Assembly (NCBI GenBank): GCA_044229845.1
Contig: JBGASG010000006.1
Coordinates: 256,001 to 320,000, forward strand
DNA length: 64,000 nt
Direction of reading: 5' to 3'
Source of the DNA: Candidatus Obscuribacteraceae bacterium
GTDB taxonomy: Bacteria; Cyanobacteriota; Vampirovibrionia; Obscuribacterales; Obscuribacteraceae
Shown here one piece after another: positions 48,083-58,568 of this stretch. The notes beneath the pieces were generated by a model. It ran no database searches and was not told the origin of the DNA. It was given only the letters and a program-made list of their open reading frames with translations. The stretch's first letter is position 1; every line of letters starts with the position of its first letter. The position numbers and the translations under genes are program-made.

Positions 48083-48823
48083 CTATTTGGCGGCAGCCGG
48101 CGATGAAAGGCGCAGCAGCGCCTCCTGCGCGGCTTGCCGATACTCCTGGTTGGGGGAGAGCTGCATGACCTGCTTCCAGGCTGCGATCGCTTCGCGCCAG
48201 GCTTTTTCCCTGACGACCGGATCAGCTTCGTGGGAAGAAACTGCTTCCAGCGCCCGCGCCTTGTTCAGGTACGACGGCGCCCCTGAAGCAAGGATTTGTG
48301 CTTGCGCGCCGATGTATGCCGGGGCGCCGGGCAAAGATGCCGCCTTCGTATAATAGCTTGCAGCGGCACGATCGTTGTTTGCATAGATGTATTGATTGCA
48401 TCCGGCGATGTACTGCAGGTACCAGTTGTCCGGGTTGTTTTTGATACCGCGCTCGATGATCTGAGCCGCCAGATCCGGACGCTTCTCGTCTGCGCCGACC
48501 GTGAATGCAGCAAACCAGTAAGGCTGGATAAAATGCGGGTCCAGCTGCGTGACGGTATTCAAATACTCATCCGCCCACTGAAAGTGATCCTCTCGACGCT
48601 CGGCGGCGTCACCGGCATATTGAATAAATGCCAGCCAGTACAAATCTGCCCACAGTCGGCTACCGCCGGCTGCACTAATGGCCGTGGCAATCTCCGCTGA
48701 GGGGAAGTAGCCGGTGCCCGTGGCGCTGCGACTGCCGGCGCCGACTGGTGCCTGCTGCAACAGCAGCCAATGCGCGCCCACTGTCACCACTGCCAGGGCG
48801 CCGATCACAGCCGGCAGCTTCAC
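48083..48823 (-). CDS. Pilin-associated TPR-like protein (Myxococcus PilG/Geobacter XapA-like)
   Basis: ADLYWL-x-x-IQY, LDPHF, ERGIKNNP-x-NW; directly downstream of a pilin gene; probable GTG start at 48823. Confidence 0.6.
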   Translation of the reverse strand: MKLPAVIGALAVVTVGAHWLLLQQAPVGAGSRSATGTGYFPSAEIATAISAAGGSRLWADLYWLAFIQYAGDAAERREDHFQWADEYLNTVTQLDPHFIQPYWFAAFTVGADEKRPDLAAQIIERGIKNNPDNWYLQYIAGCNQYIYANNDRAAASYYTKAASLPGAPAYIGAQAQILASGAPSYLNKARALEAVSSHEADPVVREKAWREAIAAWKQVMQLSPNQEYRQAAQEALLRLSSPAAAK

Positions 48824-48839
48824 CTTGTGCGCCGTAGCT

Positions 48840-49364
48840 CTATCTGACGTTTGACAATACCAGGGTTGTATTCGGTTCTTCGCCGCGCAGCATGTAGCCG
48901 TCCGCGCCACCACCTGTAATGGCAAAGGCACTGCGTTTTACTTTGTCTTCATCGACCGTGTTGTAAGCCGTCGAACCTTGATTTTGCGGTAGCGGCGGCC
49001 GAGAGCGAAAGACATTGATCGGCGGCGTGACGATGCCGGTCAAAATCGGCTCGGCGCGCTTCGTAAAGGGATTCTCCGGATTCGGTCCGGCCCGGCCTGT
49101 GGTTGGATCGCCGCCGGGAAGATAGCTCTGCAGCGTCTTCAGGTCCGGAAAGAGCGTGCCTCCAACCGCGCCCGCGCGCGCTGCAATTTCCACGTTGCGC
49201 ATATTGCCGCGCACGCTCAATTCCTTCATCTTCGCCTGCGATTCAAAAAACTTGGGCAGAGCAATCGCTGCCAGGATGCCGATGATGATGATCACCATCA
49301 AAAGCTCGATGAGAGTGAAACCCGAGTTATTACTATTTCTATTGACGTTGGCGGACGCTTTCAT
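48840..49364 (-). CDS. Type IV pilin/pseudopilin
   Basis: Prepilin cleavage motif SG|FTLIELLMVIIIIGILAAIALP. Confidence 0.92.
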   Translation of the reverse strand: MKASANVNRNSNNSGFTLIELLMVIIIIGILAAIALPKFFESQAKMKELSVRGNMRNVEIAARAGAVGGTLFPDLKTLQSYLPGGDPTTGRAGPNPENPFTKRAEPILTGIVTPPINVFRSRPPLPQNQGSTAYNTVDEDKVKRSAFAITGGGADGYMLRGEEPNTTLVLSNVR

Positions 49365-49495
49365 GGCCGTGCCGACTCCTGTCTGTCTTTGTCCTTAGTA
49401 GTGTGCAGGGAGAATGCCCGAATCGTTTCCCCCAATAACGCTTTCGATTATTAACAGTTGTTCAGAGGGAGGGGTCCTCAATAATCTTCCTAGAG

Positions 49496-49524
49496 AAAAA
49501 GCCTGCTTGTTCAGCAGGCTTTTC
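49496..49524 (-). terminator. Rho-independent terminator
   Basis: AAAAAGCCTGCT-TGTTC-AGCAGGCTTTT, downstream of the 49567..49803 ORF. Confidence 0.8.
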
Positions 49525-49566
49525 AAATACTTCGTAGGCTTGGATGCCTTCCTTTTTTCCGCCTTC

Positions 49567-49803
49567 TTAGACGGTGGCCAGCTCTTTGCCGTTGGCGACA
49601 TGATGGCGGTCGTGCTGGACTTTGCGTGGACGGCGCAGGTGTTCCATAAAGCGGCGATGGGCAAGCGTATCGATAGCAACTTGCGGGGTCTTCTCAGGAA
49701 CGGACAACACGAATTCTCCGGGTCCGTCAGCTTTCGGGCGCTGGCTGTAGCGTCCTACGAGATAGAGATAACCACCACGAGTTGCATAAAGGTAATGAAT
49801 CAT
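49567..49803 (-). CDS. Small hypothetical protein (78 aa)
   Basis: Purine-rich RBS region, ATG start, terminator downstream. Confidence 0.6.
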   Translation of the reverse strand: MIHYLYATRGGYLYLVGRYSQRPKADGPGEFVLSVPEKTPQVAIDTLAHRRFMEHLRRPRKVQHDRHHVANGKELATV

Positions 49804-49963
49804 GCCGCCTGCCTTTCTTCTTCTTGAGAAGCCAAAATGACACCTTGAGCTGCGCGCTCACGCACAACACTGTTTACCATATGGGAGATCCCCAGTCCGG
49901 TTGCCAAACGTAATAATAACTAAAGCATCTTGTGAATTGCTTGCTCAGCCGCAGATGCAAAGG

Positions 49964-51208
49964 TTATCTCGTTGCCTTTCGTTGCACAGCCTTCTGCTTA
50001 TCACTCAGATAGGGCAACAGATCGTCTCCCGCTATCACCGTAATAGCGCTCTGAATATCGCCAACAGAGGCGTTAACAATGTTGCCGCAGTTGTGGAGGT
50101 CTTTTTTCACCATCACGGCTTCCTCAGTATTTCCACGCTGAGCGATTATGCGCGTTTCAGAAAGTGGTGCGCCTTGCACTTCAACTTTGGACTTATATGT
50201 GACCACGTTGTAGCCAAGATCTGACATCATGCGATAGAGCTTGCGAGCTGCATCGGGACTGGAGCTGCCGTTCTCGACAACCATCTTCACATCGCAGCGA
50301 TCACCACAGCCGGTGTCGGCGCCTGTGAAGCGCCGCACGATCTGCTGAGTTTCATCCTCATCCACTTCCCAGTTGCCGGTGCCGGAAAAACGTCCCGGCA
50401 GCATGATCATTTGCTGATTTGCTTTCGGCACTGAGCGCGCGAATGCCAGCGTGTTCGCCATTAACGTCGGCGGCATATCAGTTTGAATATGTTTGTCGGC
50501 GAGCACCAGAAGCTTCGGTAGTTTCGCCCAGGACTCAGGCTCCAGCGCCTTTTTCGTTAGTGCGTGAATGAATATTTCCTGGCGTTGCACGCGCCCGATG
50601 TCGCCCAGTTCATCGTGGCGAAAGCGCACGAAGCCCATCGCTTCCGTGCCATTGAGTTTGTGAACGCCCGGTTGCAAGTCGATGTTTAGTTTTGCGGAGC
50701 GATCACGATATTTCATGCGCTTGGGAATATCGACTTCCAACCCGCCCAACTCGTCCACCAGCTCCACCAGCCCATGTACGTTAATTACGACATAGTGATC
50801 GATCGGCACGCCAAGCAGGTTGGTGACAGTCTGTTCAGCCAGCTTCGGGCCGCCAAGCGCGTTGGCGCCATTGATCTTTTGCGTCCCCTGCCCGGGGATC
50901 TCGACCATGGTGTCGCGCGGAATAGAAAGCACCGAATACGAGTTTCGATACGGATCAAACCGTGCCACCATCATCGTGTCGGACCGCCCGCTGAAGGCGC
51001 TTAAATCTGCTTTCAGCCCCCGGCGTCCGCCGGTGTACACAACGTCGGTTCCCATCACCAGCACGGTCATCGGCTGAGCCAAGCCACCAAATCGCAAAGC
51101 CGGCGGCAATAGCTGCGGCTTCATCATGACCGTGATCAGATACCCCGCAAGCACCCCGAGCAGTGCGGCGAGCACGAAAATAACCAGCCAGTTGGAAGTG
51201 GATCTCAA
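49964..51208 (-). CDS. LCP (LytR-CpsA-Psr) family protein with LytR_C domain
   Basis: VLVMGTD, RSDTMMV, SIPRDT, FVRFRHDELGDIGRVQRQ; C-terminal VENGS. Confidence 0.93.
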   Translation of the reverse strand: MRSTSNWLVIFVLAALLGVLAGYLITVMMKPQLLPPALRFGGLAQPMTVLVMGTDVVYTGGRRGLKADLSAFSGRSDTMMVARFDPYRNSYSVLSIPRDTMVEIPGQGTQKINGANALGGPKLAEQTVTNLLGVPIDHYVVINVHGLVELVDELGGLEVDIPKRMKYRDRSAKLNIDLQPGVHKLNGTEAMGFVRFRHDELGDIGRVQRQEIFIHALTKKALEPESWAKLPKLLVLADKHIQTDMPPTLMANTLAFARSVPKANQQMIMLPGRFSGTGNWEVDEDETQQIVRRFTGADTGCGDRCDVKMVVENGSSSPDAARKLYRMMSDLGYNVVTYKSKVEVQGAPLSETRIIAQRGNTEEAVMVKKDLHNCGNIVNASVGDIQSAITVIAGDDLLPYLSDKQKAVQRKATR

Positions 51209-51292
51209 TTTCGGATTACTAAGCCCAGCAATACGTTATTATACGTCCAATGCCAAATCGAGGCTTGAGCCGGGTAAAGACAGGGGGTTGGC

Positions 51293-52351
51293 GTGAGTAA
51301 GACGCGTTTGCTCACCATCAATTTCGGCGGACTGGGCGATGAAGTGCTGTTCCTTCCCACTCTGAAAAGCATCCGCGAAGCCCATCCTGACTGGCACATC
51401 ACACTGTTGCTCGAACCGCGTTCCAAAAGCGTCTGTCAGATTACCGATCTGGTCGACGATTGCATCACGTTCGACATCAAGAAAAAACCGCTTTTGCCGA
51501 CGGATATGTTGCAATTGCTCTCCCTGATCCGCAAGGGAAAGTTCGATGTCGTGGTTTCTTCCGGCAGTTCGCCGATGGTGTCGGCTCTATTGTTTCTTTC
51601 CGGTATCAAACAGCGCATAGGCTACAACTCGAATGGACTGGCGCCGCTTTTGCTCACCGCTCCGGTGCCCCTCAACCGCGACCAGTACGCCGGTGTCATG
51701 TATCACGACCTGGTGCGCGGGCTGGGCATCAAGGCCGACCCGCAACTGCCGCAGGTTACCGTCAATCAGGAAGCGCTGTCCAGGATGTCCTCGGAACTAA
51801 GCACCGCCACTACCGGTGGTGCAACGAACAGCACGCAACAACGCGTGGTGATCCATCCGGGAACCAGCCAGCTGGCCCTGCGCAAGGGCATCATCAAAAC
51901 CTGGCCGGCAGCCAATTGGGCTCAGCTGATTGTCGATTTGCTGGCACAAAATAACATCGATGTGTTGCTGGCTGGCGGTCCGGACGATGAAGACACAATC
52001 AAAGAAATTCAGCAGACGCTAGGCGCGACTGCCTCTCATCCGCATTTCCGCCTGATGTACGGCAAGACCAAAAACCTGCAAGAGCTGGTGGCGCTGTTGA
52101 AGCTGGCAGATCTGGTCGTCTGTGTCGACTCGGCTCCCATGCACATCGCAGTGGCGCTAAACAAACCGACGGTGGCTATGTTCGCGCCCACGGATCCGGC
52201 CAAACTGATTCCGGGCCGTCCGCCTTTTGTAGCTCTCACCAATCCCGCTACTGAACGGCAGCCTGCTGATTTGCCTGCGCCTGAGCCTGGCGTTCGGATT
52301 CCGCCAGATACTGTGTTCCAGATTGCGCTGGATCAATTGAAGCAATCGTAA
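51293..52351 (+). CDS. Glycosyltransferase family 9 (heptosyltransferase-like)
   Basis: GGLGD, IHPG...KTWP, DSAPMHIAVAL. Confidence 0.92.
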   Translation: MSKTRLLTINFGGLGDEVLFLPTLKSIREAHPDWHITLLLEPRSKSVCQITDLVDDCITFDIKKKPLLPTDMLQLLSLIRKGKFDVVVSSGSSPMVSALLFLSGIKQRIGYNSNGLAPLLLTAPVPLNRDQYAGVMYHDLVRGLGIKADPQLPQVTVNQEALSRMSSELSTATTGGATNSTQQRVVIHPGTSQLALRKGIIKTWPAANWAQLIVDLLAQNNIDVLLAGGPDDEDTIKEIQQTLGATASHPHFRLMYGKTKNLQELVALLKLADLVVCVDSAPMHIAVALNKPTVAMFAPTDPAKLIPGRPPFVALTNPATERQPADLPAPEPGVRIPPDTVFQIALDQLKQS

Positions 52352-53384
52352 GTCCGAGGAAACTCTCGGGAATGCCGTCAGTGGTCAGGATTTCACCGTT
52401 CTCGCCGACGGCGCTCAAGAGCGCTTCGACCATTTCAGGATCGAACTGCCGTCCGGCGAATTTGCGTAACTCGTTGGTGGCACGCTCATAACCAATTGAT
52501 TTGCGATAAGGTCGGTCGCTGGTCATGGCATCATACGCGTCGGCAACCAGCACGATCCGAGAGCCCACCGGTATTTCATCGCCCTTCAATTTGTCGGGAT
52601 AGCCGGAGCCATCGAGGTGTTCGTGGTGATGTCTCACCCACAGACGCACCCGGGCCAGTATTTCAATCTCCCCGATAATTTGCGCGCTGCGCACCGGGTG
52701 AATGGCCATGACCTGCTGCTCTTCCGGCGTCAGCCGCTCAGGCTTCCAGAGAATCGATTCGGGCACGGCAATTTTGCCGATATCATGCAGCAGTCCGGAA
52801 AGCTCGACGTCACGCAACTCTTCGTTGCTCATGCCCAGCATGCGCGCGGTAGCCACCGCATAACGGCTGACGCGTAAGCTGTGTCCGCTTGTGTAATCGC
52901 ATTTAGCGTCGAGCGCATCGGCAAGCGCCTTGATGGTACCGATGGAAATGTCTTCCAGCTGCACCAGTGCTCCTTGCAACTGCACAACCAGCTTTTCGTT
53001 GTTGCGGCGCAGGTCGAAAGACTCGAGAGCCCTTTTGACTGTCAGCTTGAGGTCTTCGGCATCCCAGGGCTTTTGAATGTATTTGTAAATGCAGCCTGAG
53101 TTTATGGCGTCGATGAGCGCCTGGATGTCGGTGTAGCCGGTGAGCAAAATCTTGATGGCGTTCGGGCGCAGCGAAAGCGAGGCTTCCAGGACCTGCACGC
53201 CGCTCATGCCGGGCATGCGCTGGTCGGTGATGATCAAAGAAACGTCCTGCGCTTTCAGGATTTCCAGCGCTTCGGTGCCGCTCTGCGCCACAAAAGTCTC
53301 ATAGCTCTCGCCGAGAACCCGATTGAGCAGGCGGAGATTGGCTGGTTCGTCATCAACAACCAATATCTTGTGGCGCGGTTCCAT
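52248..53384 (-). CDS. Response regulator with HD-GYP phosphodiesterase domain
   Basis: REC (VVDDE, TDQRMP, KP); GHSLRV, LHDIGK, HHEHLDGSGYP, ADAYDAM. Confidence 0.93.
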   Translation of the reverse strand: MEPRHKILVVDDEPANLRLLNRVLGESYETFVAQSGTEALEILKAQDVSLIITDQRMPGMSGVQVLEASLSLRPNAIKILLTGYTDIQALIDAINSGCIYKYIQKPWDAEDLKLTVKRALESFDLRRNNEKLVVQLQGALVQLEDISIGTIKALADALDAKCDYTSGHSLRVSRYAVATARMLGMSNEELRDVELSGLLHDIGKIAVPESILWKPERLTPEEQQVMAIHPVRSAQIIGEIEILARVRLWVRHHHEHLDGSGYPDKLKGDEIPVGSRIVLVADAYDAMTSDRPYRKSIGYERATNELRKFAGRQFDPEMVEALLSAVGENGEILTTDGIPESFLGLTIASIDPAQSGTQYLAESERQAQAQANQQAAVQ

Positions 53385-53386
53385 CC

Positions 53387-55492
53387 CTACTCCCCGACTA
53401 CGGCCTTTTCCATTTCTTCGTCCGCCTCGACTGGTTCAGCTCTCAACGGAATTCGTACTTTGAAAGTCGTGCCCCCGGTATCCGGGGTTTCGAACCATAT
53501 GCGCCCACCGTGCCGTTCGATAATCGAGTGGCAGATGGAGAGCCCCAGTCCCGTACCCTGTCCAATGGGCTTCGTGGTGTAAAAGGGTTCGAAGATTTTA
53601 CTCTGATCCTGTGCCTTTATGCCAGGCCCATTGTCAGAAATGGAGACAATCACCCAGTCGCCGTCCATCTCCGTGGTTATCGACACAGTGGGCGCCTCCA
53701 GCTTCGCGACCGCCTGCGCCGCGTTAGACAACAAATTCATCCAGACCTGATTGAGTTTGCCGGGGTAGCAGGTTATCAGCGGGATGTCGGCAAACTGTGT
53801 CCGCACCGGAATTTTGTCGCGCCCGTAGTACTGGTTGAGGATTTTGAGGGTCGACTCCAGTCCTTCCTGCAGGGAAGCCTCTTTCAGCTCGGCCTCGTCC
53901 AGTCGGCTGAAACTGCGCAAATTGCGGATTATCCCGCGAATACGCTCGGCGCCCTCTTCCAGGTCAGCGATGATGTTGTCGAGGTCTTTGACCAGGAAGT
54001 CGTACTTGACGCTCAATTTAAGAGCATCAATGTCTTTGCGAGTCTCCGGCGGCAGGTCGTCGGTGGTTGCGATCACTCGTTTGAGATCTTCGAAGTATTC
54101 CCTCAAGTACGGCAAATTTCCATGCACGAAATTGACCGGGTTGTTGAGTTCATGCGCGATACCGGCAACCATCCGACCCAGGGAAGCCATTTTTTCCTGG
54201 TGAATCAATTGCGATTGCATGGTGCGCATTTCAAAGTTTGCCGAATCGAGGTTTTGATTCTTCTGCAGCAAGTCACGATTTTTGCGCGACAACAGGTCGA
54301 CGAGATTGGCGTGCTCGATGGCGATCGCCACCTGTCCAGCGACAGATTTGATCAACTCCAGTTCAGAGGCCGACCACTCCCTTTGCGCTTCGCACTCACC
54401 GATGATCAAGACGCCTTTCGACTCGGCGCTGTACATAATCGGTTGCACGACAAGGGAGTGAAACGCCAGTTTCTCCATGTCTTCTTTGATGTCCTGGAAA
54501 AACGGATCGCCGGCCGGCTCCGCAAAAACGAAAGTCTTCTTGAGCTGTCCATCATTCTCTTCTTCATAACTGGCTTTGCGCGAAAGAATGAATTCGCAAA
54601 ATCGCGGCGTAAAAAAAGTCTGCTGGTGCCCGTGATGATCCTGTCCGGAATGCAAGGCATCCCAGATCAAAGGTGGCTCGCACGGTACGTTGGCCGGAGT
54701 CAAAATCGCACATCGCGAGACATTCAGAGCTGAACTGATTTGCGACACGGTGGTGCGCAAAATCTGATCGAGCTCCAGAGTCGAACGAATGGCTGAGCTG
54801 ATCGCATTGAACAATTGCTCGCGCGAAGCTTGAGCTTTAGTTTCGCTGACCAGGCGATTATTGGCGTCCAGCTGCCCGCGCAACCGCGTTGCTCGTTGCT
54901 GCGCCACTTTCGACATGTGCTCGCAAAATGTCGCCCAGACAAAAGCCATGACGGCAAGAATTACACTGTGGGCCATCACCTTCACCCACAATCGCCGCAC
55001 ATACGCGCCAGCCAGCCCGTCTGCCTGACTGGGGTCGAACAGGTATTTCATGAAGGTGGCATTTTCAAACAGCAAAACTGCGATGTAGCAGCTGGCGGCC
55101 AGAAACGCAACGTAGTGAATACCGCGTCGCGCGAAAATATGGCTGGCCAGCAAAATCGGCAACAGGTAAAGGAAGTAAAAGTCGGAGTCGACGCCGCCCG
55201 AATAATGCACGAGAGCCGACAGTCCGGCGATATCCAGTGCGAGCAAAATCGAATTGAATGCCTGGTATTGCCAGAGCGTCCGCAACTTGCCGCTGCGCAG
55301 CAGCAGCAAACCGACCAGCGAGTAGATAACAACCAGAGCACCGACCGCGAAGAATGCCACCGCATTCAGTTCTACCTGGGCCAGCATCCAGACGAACACA
55401 CCGACAGTGAGACTGATCAGCGCGAAGGCCAGGCGAAAGTACACCAGGTGTTGCGACTTTAGTGGCAGATCGCTGTCGATTTCGCGTTCCAT
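53387..55492 (-). CDS. Membrane-bound GAF-domain histidine kinase
   Basis: N-terminal TMs, GAF, AHELNNP H-box, NLLSNA, DNGPGI, GTGLGL. Confidence 0.94.
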   Translation of the reverse strand: MEREIDSDLPLKSQHLVYFRLAFALISLTVGVFVWMLAQVELNAVAFFAVGALVVIYSLVGLLLLRSGKLRTLWQYQAFNSILLALDIAGLSALVHYSGGVDSDFYFLYLLPILLASHIFARRGIHYVAFLAASCYIAVLLFENATFMKYLFDPSQADGLAGAYVRRLWVKVMAHSVILAVMAFVWATFCEHMSKVAQQRATRLRGQLDANNRLVSETKAQASREQLFNAISSAIRSTLELDQILRTTVSQISSALNVSRCAILTPANVPCEPPLIWDALHSGQDHHGHQQTFFTPRFCEFILSRKASYEEENDGQLKKTFVFAEPAGDPFFQDIKEDMEKLAFHSLVVQPIMYSAESKGVLIIGECEAQREWSASELELIKSVAGQVAIAIEHANLVDLLSRKNRDLLQKNQNLDSANFEMRTMQSQLIHQEKMASLGRMVAGIAHELNNPVNFVHGNLPYLREYFEDLKRVIATTDDLPPETRKDIDALKLSVKYDFLVKDLDNIIADLEEGAERIRGIIRNLRSFSRLDEAELKEASLQEGLESTLKILNQYYGRDKIPVRTQFADIPLITCYPGKLNQVWMNLLSNAAQAVAKLEAPTVSITTEMDGDWVIVSISDNGPGIKAQDQSKIFEPFYTTKPIGQGTGLGLSICHSIIERHGGRIWFETPDTGGTTFKVRIPLRAEPVEADEEMEKAVVGE

Positions 55493-55522
55493 ACAGAAGT
55501 CACCAGGCGACGAAAAACGAGA

Positions 55523-57376
55523 TTACATGTACTCCGAGGCGCGTTTGAAAACTTCCGCCGCTTCCTGAAACCGACCGAGTATCTTCAAAGTCGCGCCCCA
55601 GGCCTCGTAGGTGTCACCGTCATACGGATCGAGCTCGCTCGCTTTTTCGAATTTCTCGATGGCTAGTTCATGCAAACCCAGCAGCCCGAGCGTTTTTCCC
55701 CATCCGTAGAAAAGACTGACATCACCATCGTATAACATTGATGCGGCTCTGAAGCACTCATCCGCCTCCAGCAACTGTCCCTGGCTGAGATTGATCTGCC
55801 CGAGAAGCACATGGCCAGACCAGTTTTCCGGGTGCTGTTCCACCAGGCGCCGGCACATATCGGCGGCATCCGCATGTTTACCCTGCGCCCGCGTGGCCTT
55901 GGCCAGCGACAACAGGGCGTCTTCGTCCGAAGGCAAGAGCTGGAGCAGTCTTTGCGACTTACTCAGAACCAGCTCGAACTGCGACTGCTTCAAAAGCTGC
56001 TCTATGACTTCCTTCTCGGGGCGCAAGCAGCGCGGATCTTTGGACACGGCCAGGCGATATTCTTGCTGGGCATCGTTGGTTCTGCCCGCTGCTTCCAGGC
56101 TCTTAGCCAGGTGCATGTGAGCAATGGCATATTCCGGATTGACTACAAGGCAACGCTGATAGGCATCGACAGCTTCTACATGCCGATCTTGCAAGGCCAT
56201 AGCGGAACCGAGAGCGTCCAGGGCCAGGATGTCTTGCGGATTGTCGTTGACGGCCTTCTCAAAATGCCGCTCCGCCACCTCCAGTCGACCCAACGCCAGG
56301 TGGCAGTAGCCCAGCCAGAGATCCAGTCCTTTAGTGCGCAGCGCTTCGTCCTTGCTGGCTACCGCCAGCTTGTCGATACTTTCTTTGTAGCGAGCCATGA
56401 CAAAGTAAGCGATGCCCAGCTGCATGTTCACTTCCATGTGCTCCGGCTCGACCTGCAGTGCCTTCTCCAGCGTGTCGGCGGCCTGCTCGAATTCTTCCAG
56501 GGCTATATTCACCAGCCCCAGATTGATCCTGGCTTCAATCAAAGCCGGGTCGACGTCAATCGACAGGCGCAATTTCTCGGCACTGTCGTCCAGTTGCCCC
56601 TGCCGGAAAAGATTGACGCCCCAGTCGTTGTAGATCAGCGACCGCTCGCGAGCCTCGAGAAATTTCGGCCCGAGGTTGATGGCTTCCTGATAGTGCTTGT
56701 TTGCTTCCTCGGGGCGCCCGCTGTTGACCAGGGCTGCCGCCCAATTGCGTTGAACGATGGCAAGCTGGTTATCCAGAGACCAAGCTTTGGAGAAACAGGC
56801 AATTGCCTTATCCAGATGCCCGAGGGAAACCAGCGCCACACCTAATCCGTTGAAAGCCTCAGCCAGCTGGGGATCTTTTTCGCAGGCTTCAGTGAAAAGC
56901 TCAACGGCCTCACCATATTGGCCCATCTGATACGAAGCAATACCGGCTTGATAGGAAGCGGCAACCAGGCGGGGATTGAGCTTCAGCGCTTGCTTGAACT
57001 GGCCAAGAGCGCCTCGGAAGGACCCCATCTGGGAAAGAGCCAGCCCCCAGTGCAGATGACCGGGAGGAAAGTTCTGGCGCTGTTCGCAGGCTTCGCGAAA
57101 CGCCCCCATCGCTTCCGCCGGCCGCCCCAGTTTCATCAGCGTCAGCCCCAGGTAATAGTGAGCATCAGCGTGATCGGCTTTGACCTGAATGCAGTTGCGC
57201 AGGTTCTTTTCGGCTTCGGAAAATTTACCGGAGTTGTAGCAGAGCGATCCCAGCTGGAAATGCACGTCCGGGTCTTCCGGCTGCTGCTGGGCAAAGCGTT
57301 GCAGCACAGAGTGAGCCTCATCCCAGCGCCCCTGGGAAACGAGGTCGTTAACTAACTGCATGACCTTGGCTGCCAA
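55523..57376 (-). CDS. Tetratricopeptide repeat protein
   Basis: Continuous 34-aa TPR periodicity. Confidence 0.9.
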   Translation of the reverse strand: MAAKVMQLVNDLVSQGRWDEAHSVLQRFAQQQPEDPDVHFQLGSLCYNSGKFSEAEKNLRNCIQVKADHADAHYYLGLTLMKLGRPAEAMGAFREACEQRQNFPPGHLHWGLALSQMGSFRGALGQFKQALKLNPRLVAASYQAGIASYQMGQYGEAVELFTEACEKDPQLAEAFNGLGVALVSLGHLDKAIACFSKAWSLDNQLAIVQRNWAAALVNSGRPEEANKHYQEAINLGPKFLEARERSLIYNDWGVNLFRQGQLDDSAEKLRLSIDVDPALIEARINLGLVNIALEEFEQAADTLEKALQVEPEHMEVNMQLGIAYFVMARYKESIDKLAVASKDEALRTKGLDLWLGYCHLALGRLEVAERHFEKAVNDNPQDILALDALGSAMALQDRHVEAVDAYQRCLVVNPEYAIAHMHLAKSLEAAGRTNDAQQEYRLAVSKDPRCLRPEKEVIEQLLKQSQFELVLSKSQRLLQLLPSDEDALLSLAKATRAQGKHADAADMCRRLVEQHPENWSGHVLLGQINLSQGQLLEADECFRAASMLYDGDVSLFYGWGKTLGLLGLHELAIEKFEKASELDPYDGDTYEAWGATLKILGRFQEAAEVFKRASEYM

Positions 57377-57426
57377 TAACTAAAACCGCGGCTTAGTTTT
57401 GAAAGTATAGCCTCTGTTTAGGGACT

Positions 57427-58551
57427 CTAACCGCCCATCCCGTGGATGTAAAAGAAGAGTCCATAGGTGCAGGCGCAAATCAGCAGTTGCAGGAGCCAGA
57501 AGCAAGCCACCACCTGCCACTCCGCAATGCCCTTATCCTCGGCTATCGCTTCGAAATGGTGGTGCAGAGGGGCCATGCGAAAGAGACGTTTTCCCTCACC
57601 TGGCAATCGTTTCGTCAATTTGAGCCAGATCAGCGCCGGCCGGCTCATGGGTGTCTCCGGCTGGTATTGCTTGGTCAATTTGAAATAGCTGACCTGAGCC
57701 ATGACCGAGACCGCCTCCAGCACATATATGAGGGAGAGGGGAATAAACCAGAGCGTCAATCCGCTGGTTGCCACCATCGCCGCCATCATGCCGCCCAGAA
57801 ACAAGCTGCCGGTATCGCCCATGAAGACTTTGGCAGGAAACTTGTTATAGACAAGAAACGCCGCCAGCCCGCCGGCAACCGAGAATGCCACCACCGAAAG
57901 TGGTTGCGCCACAGGCACCGAGGCAGCCGGCAGTAAAGCCAGCATGGCTCCTATGGTGATGAAAGTCAAAAGCCCGGTTCCTCCTGCCAGCCCGTCCATG
58001 CCGTCGTGCAGATTCATGGCGTTGGTGGTGGCAGCTACTAGAAACGGCACCACACAAAACACGTAAGCCAGGCGGGTGATATCCGACATGCCGGAAAGAG
58101 TGAACGGTTGACCAGCGGGGTTGAGCACCAGCTGGTCGATGGCATTGCCGCCCATGAGCAAAAGCGCGCCTGCCAGCAAGAAGCCGAGCCCAAACTCAGA
58201 CATCAAGCGAACTTTGGCCGAAATGCCGGCATTAGATCTGCTGTTGATTTTGGCGAAGTCGTCGATGAAGCCGACCAATCCGCAGAGCGCCGCGGTTGCC
58301 ACCACGGCCAGTGCCGGGCCGGCAGCCGGCAGCTTAAGCACCAGGATTAAAGTAGCGGAGACGGCGGTGCTCAATAAGAGGAAGCACAGCCCGCCCATTG
58401 TCGGCGTCTTGGCCTTGGCAGCGTGACTCTGCGGTCCTTCCTCGCGGATGAACTGCTGGATTTGCCGCTTTTTGAGCCAGCCAATGTAGAAAGGAAAAAC
58501 CACAACGCAGACGGCGAATGAAAGTCCCGCCGCAAGAAGCATGTGATTCAT
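57427..58551 (-). CDS. mraY: Phospho-N-acetylmuramoyl-pentapeptide transferase
   Basis: KAKTPTMGG, GFIDD, NLHDGMDGL, FMGDTGS, RMAPLHHHFE. Confidence 0.96.
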   Translation of the reverse strand: MNHMLLAAGLSFAVCVVVFPFYIGWLKKRQIQQFIREEGPQSHAAKAKTPTMGGLCFLLLSTAVSATLILVLKLPAAGPALAVVATAALCGLVGFIDDFAKINSRSNAGISAKVRLMSEFGLGFLLAGALLLMGGNAIDQLVLNPAGQPFTLSGMSDITRLAYVFCVVPFLVAATTNAMNLHDGMDGLAGGTGLLTFITIGAMLALLPAASVPVAQPLSVVAFSVAGGLAAFLVYNKFPAKVFMGDTGSLFLGGMMAAMVATSGLTLWFIPLSLIYVLEAVSVMAQVSYFKLTKQYQPETPMSRPALIWLKLTKRLPGEGKRLFRMAPLHHHFEAIAEDKGIAEWQVVACFWLLQLLICACTYGLFFYIHGMGG

Positions 58552-58568
58552 CGAAATAAAGGTCTGCC

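Noticed and set aside
48181..48190. HIP1 (GCGATCGC) enrichment
   Set aside because: Only a few copies noticed (near 18758, 48183, 54321); no evidence of over-representation without a count
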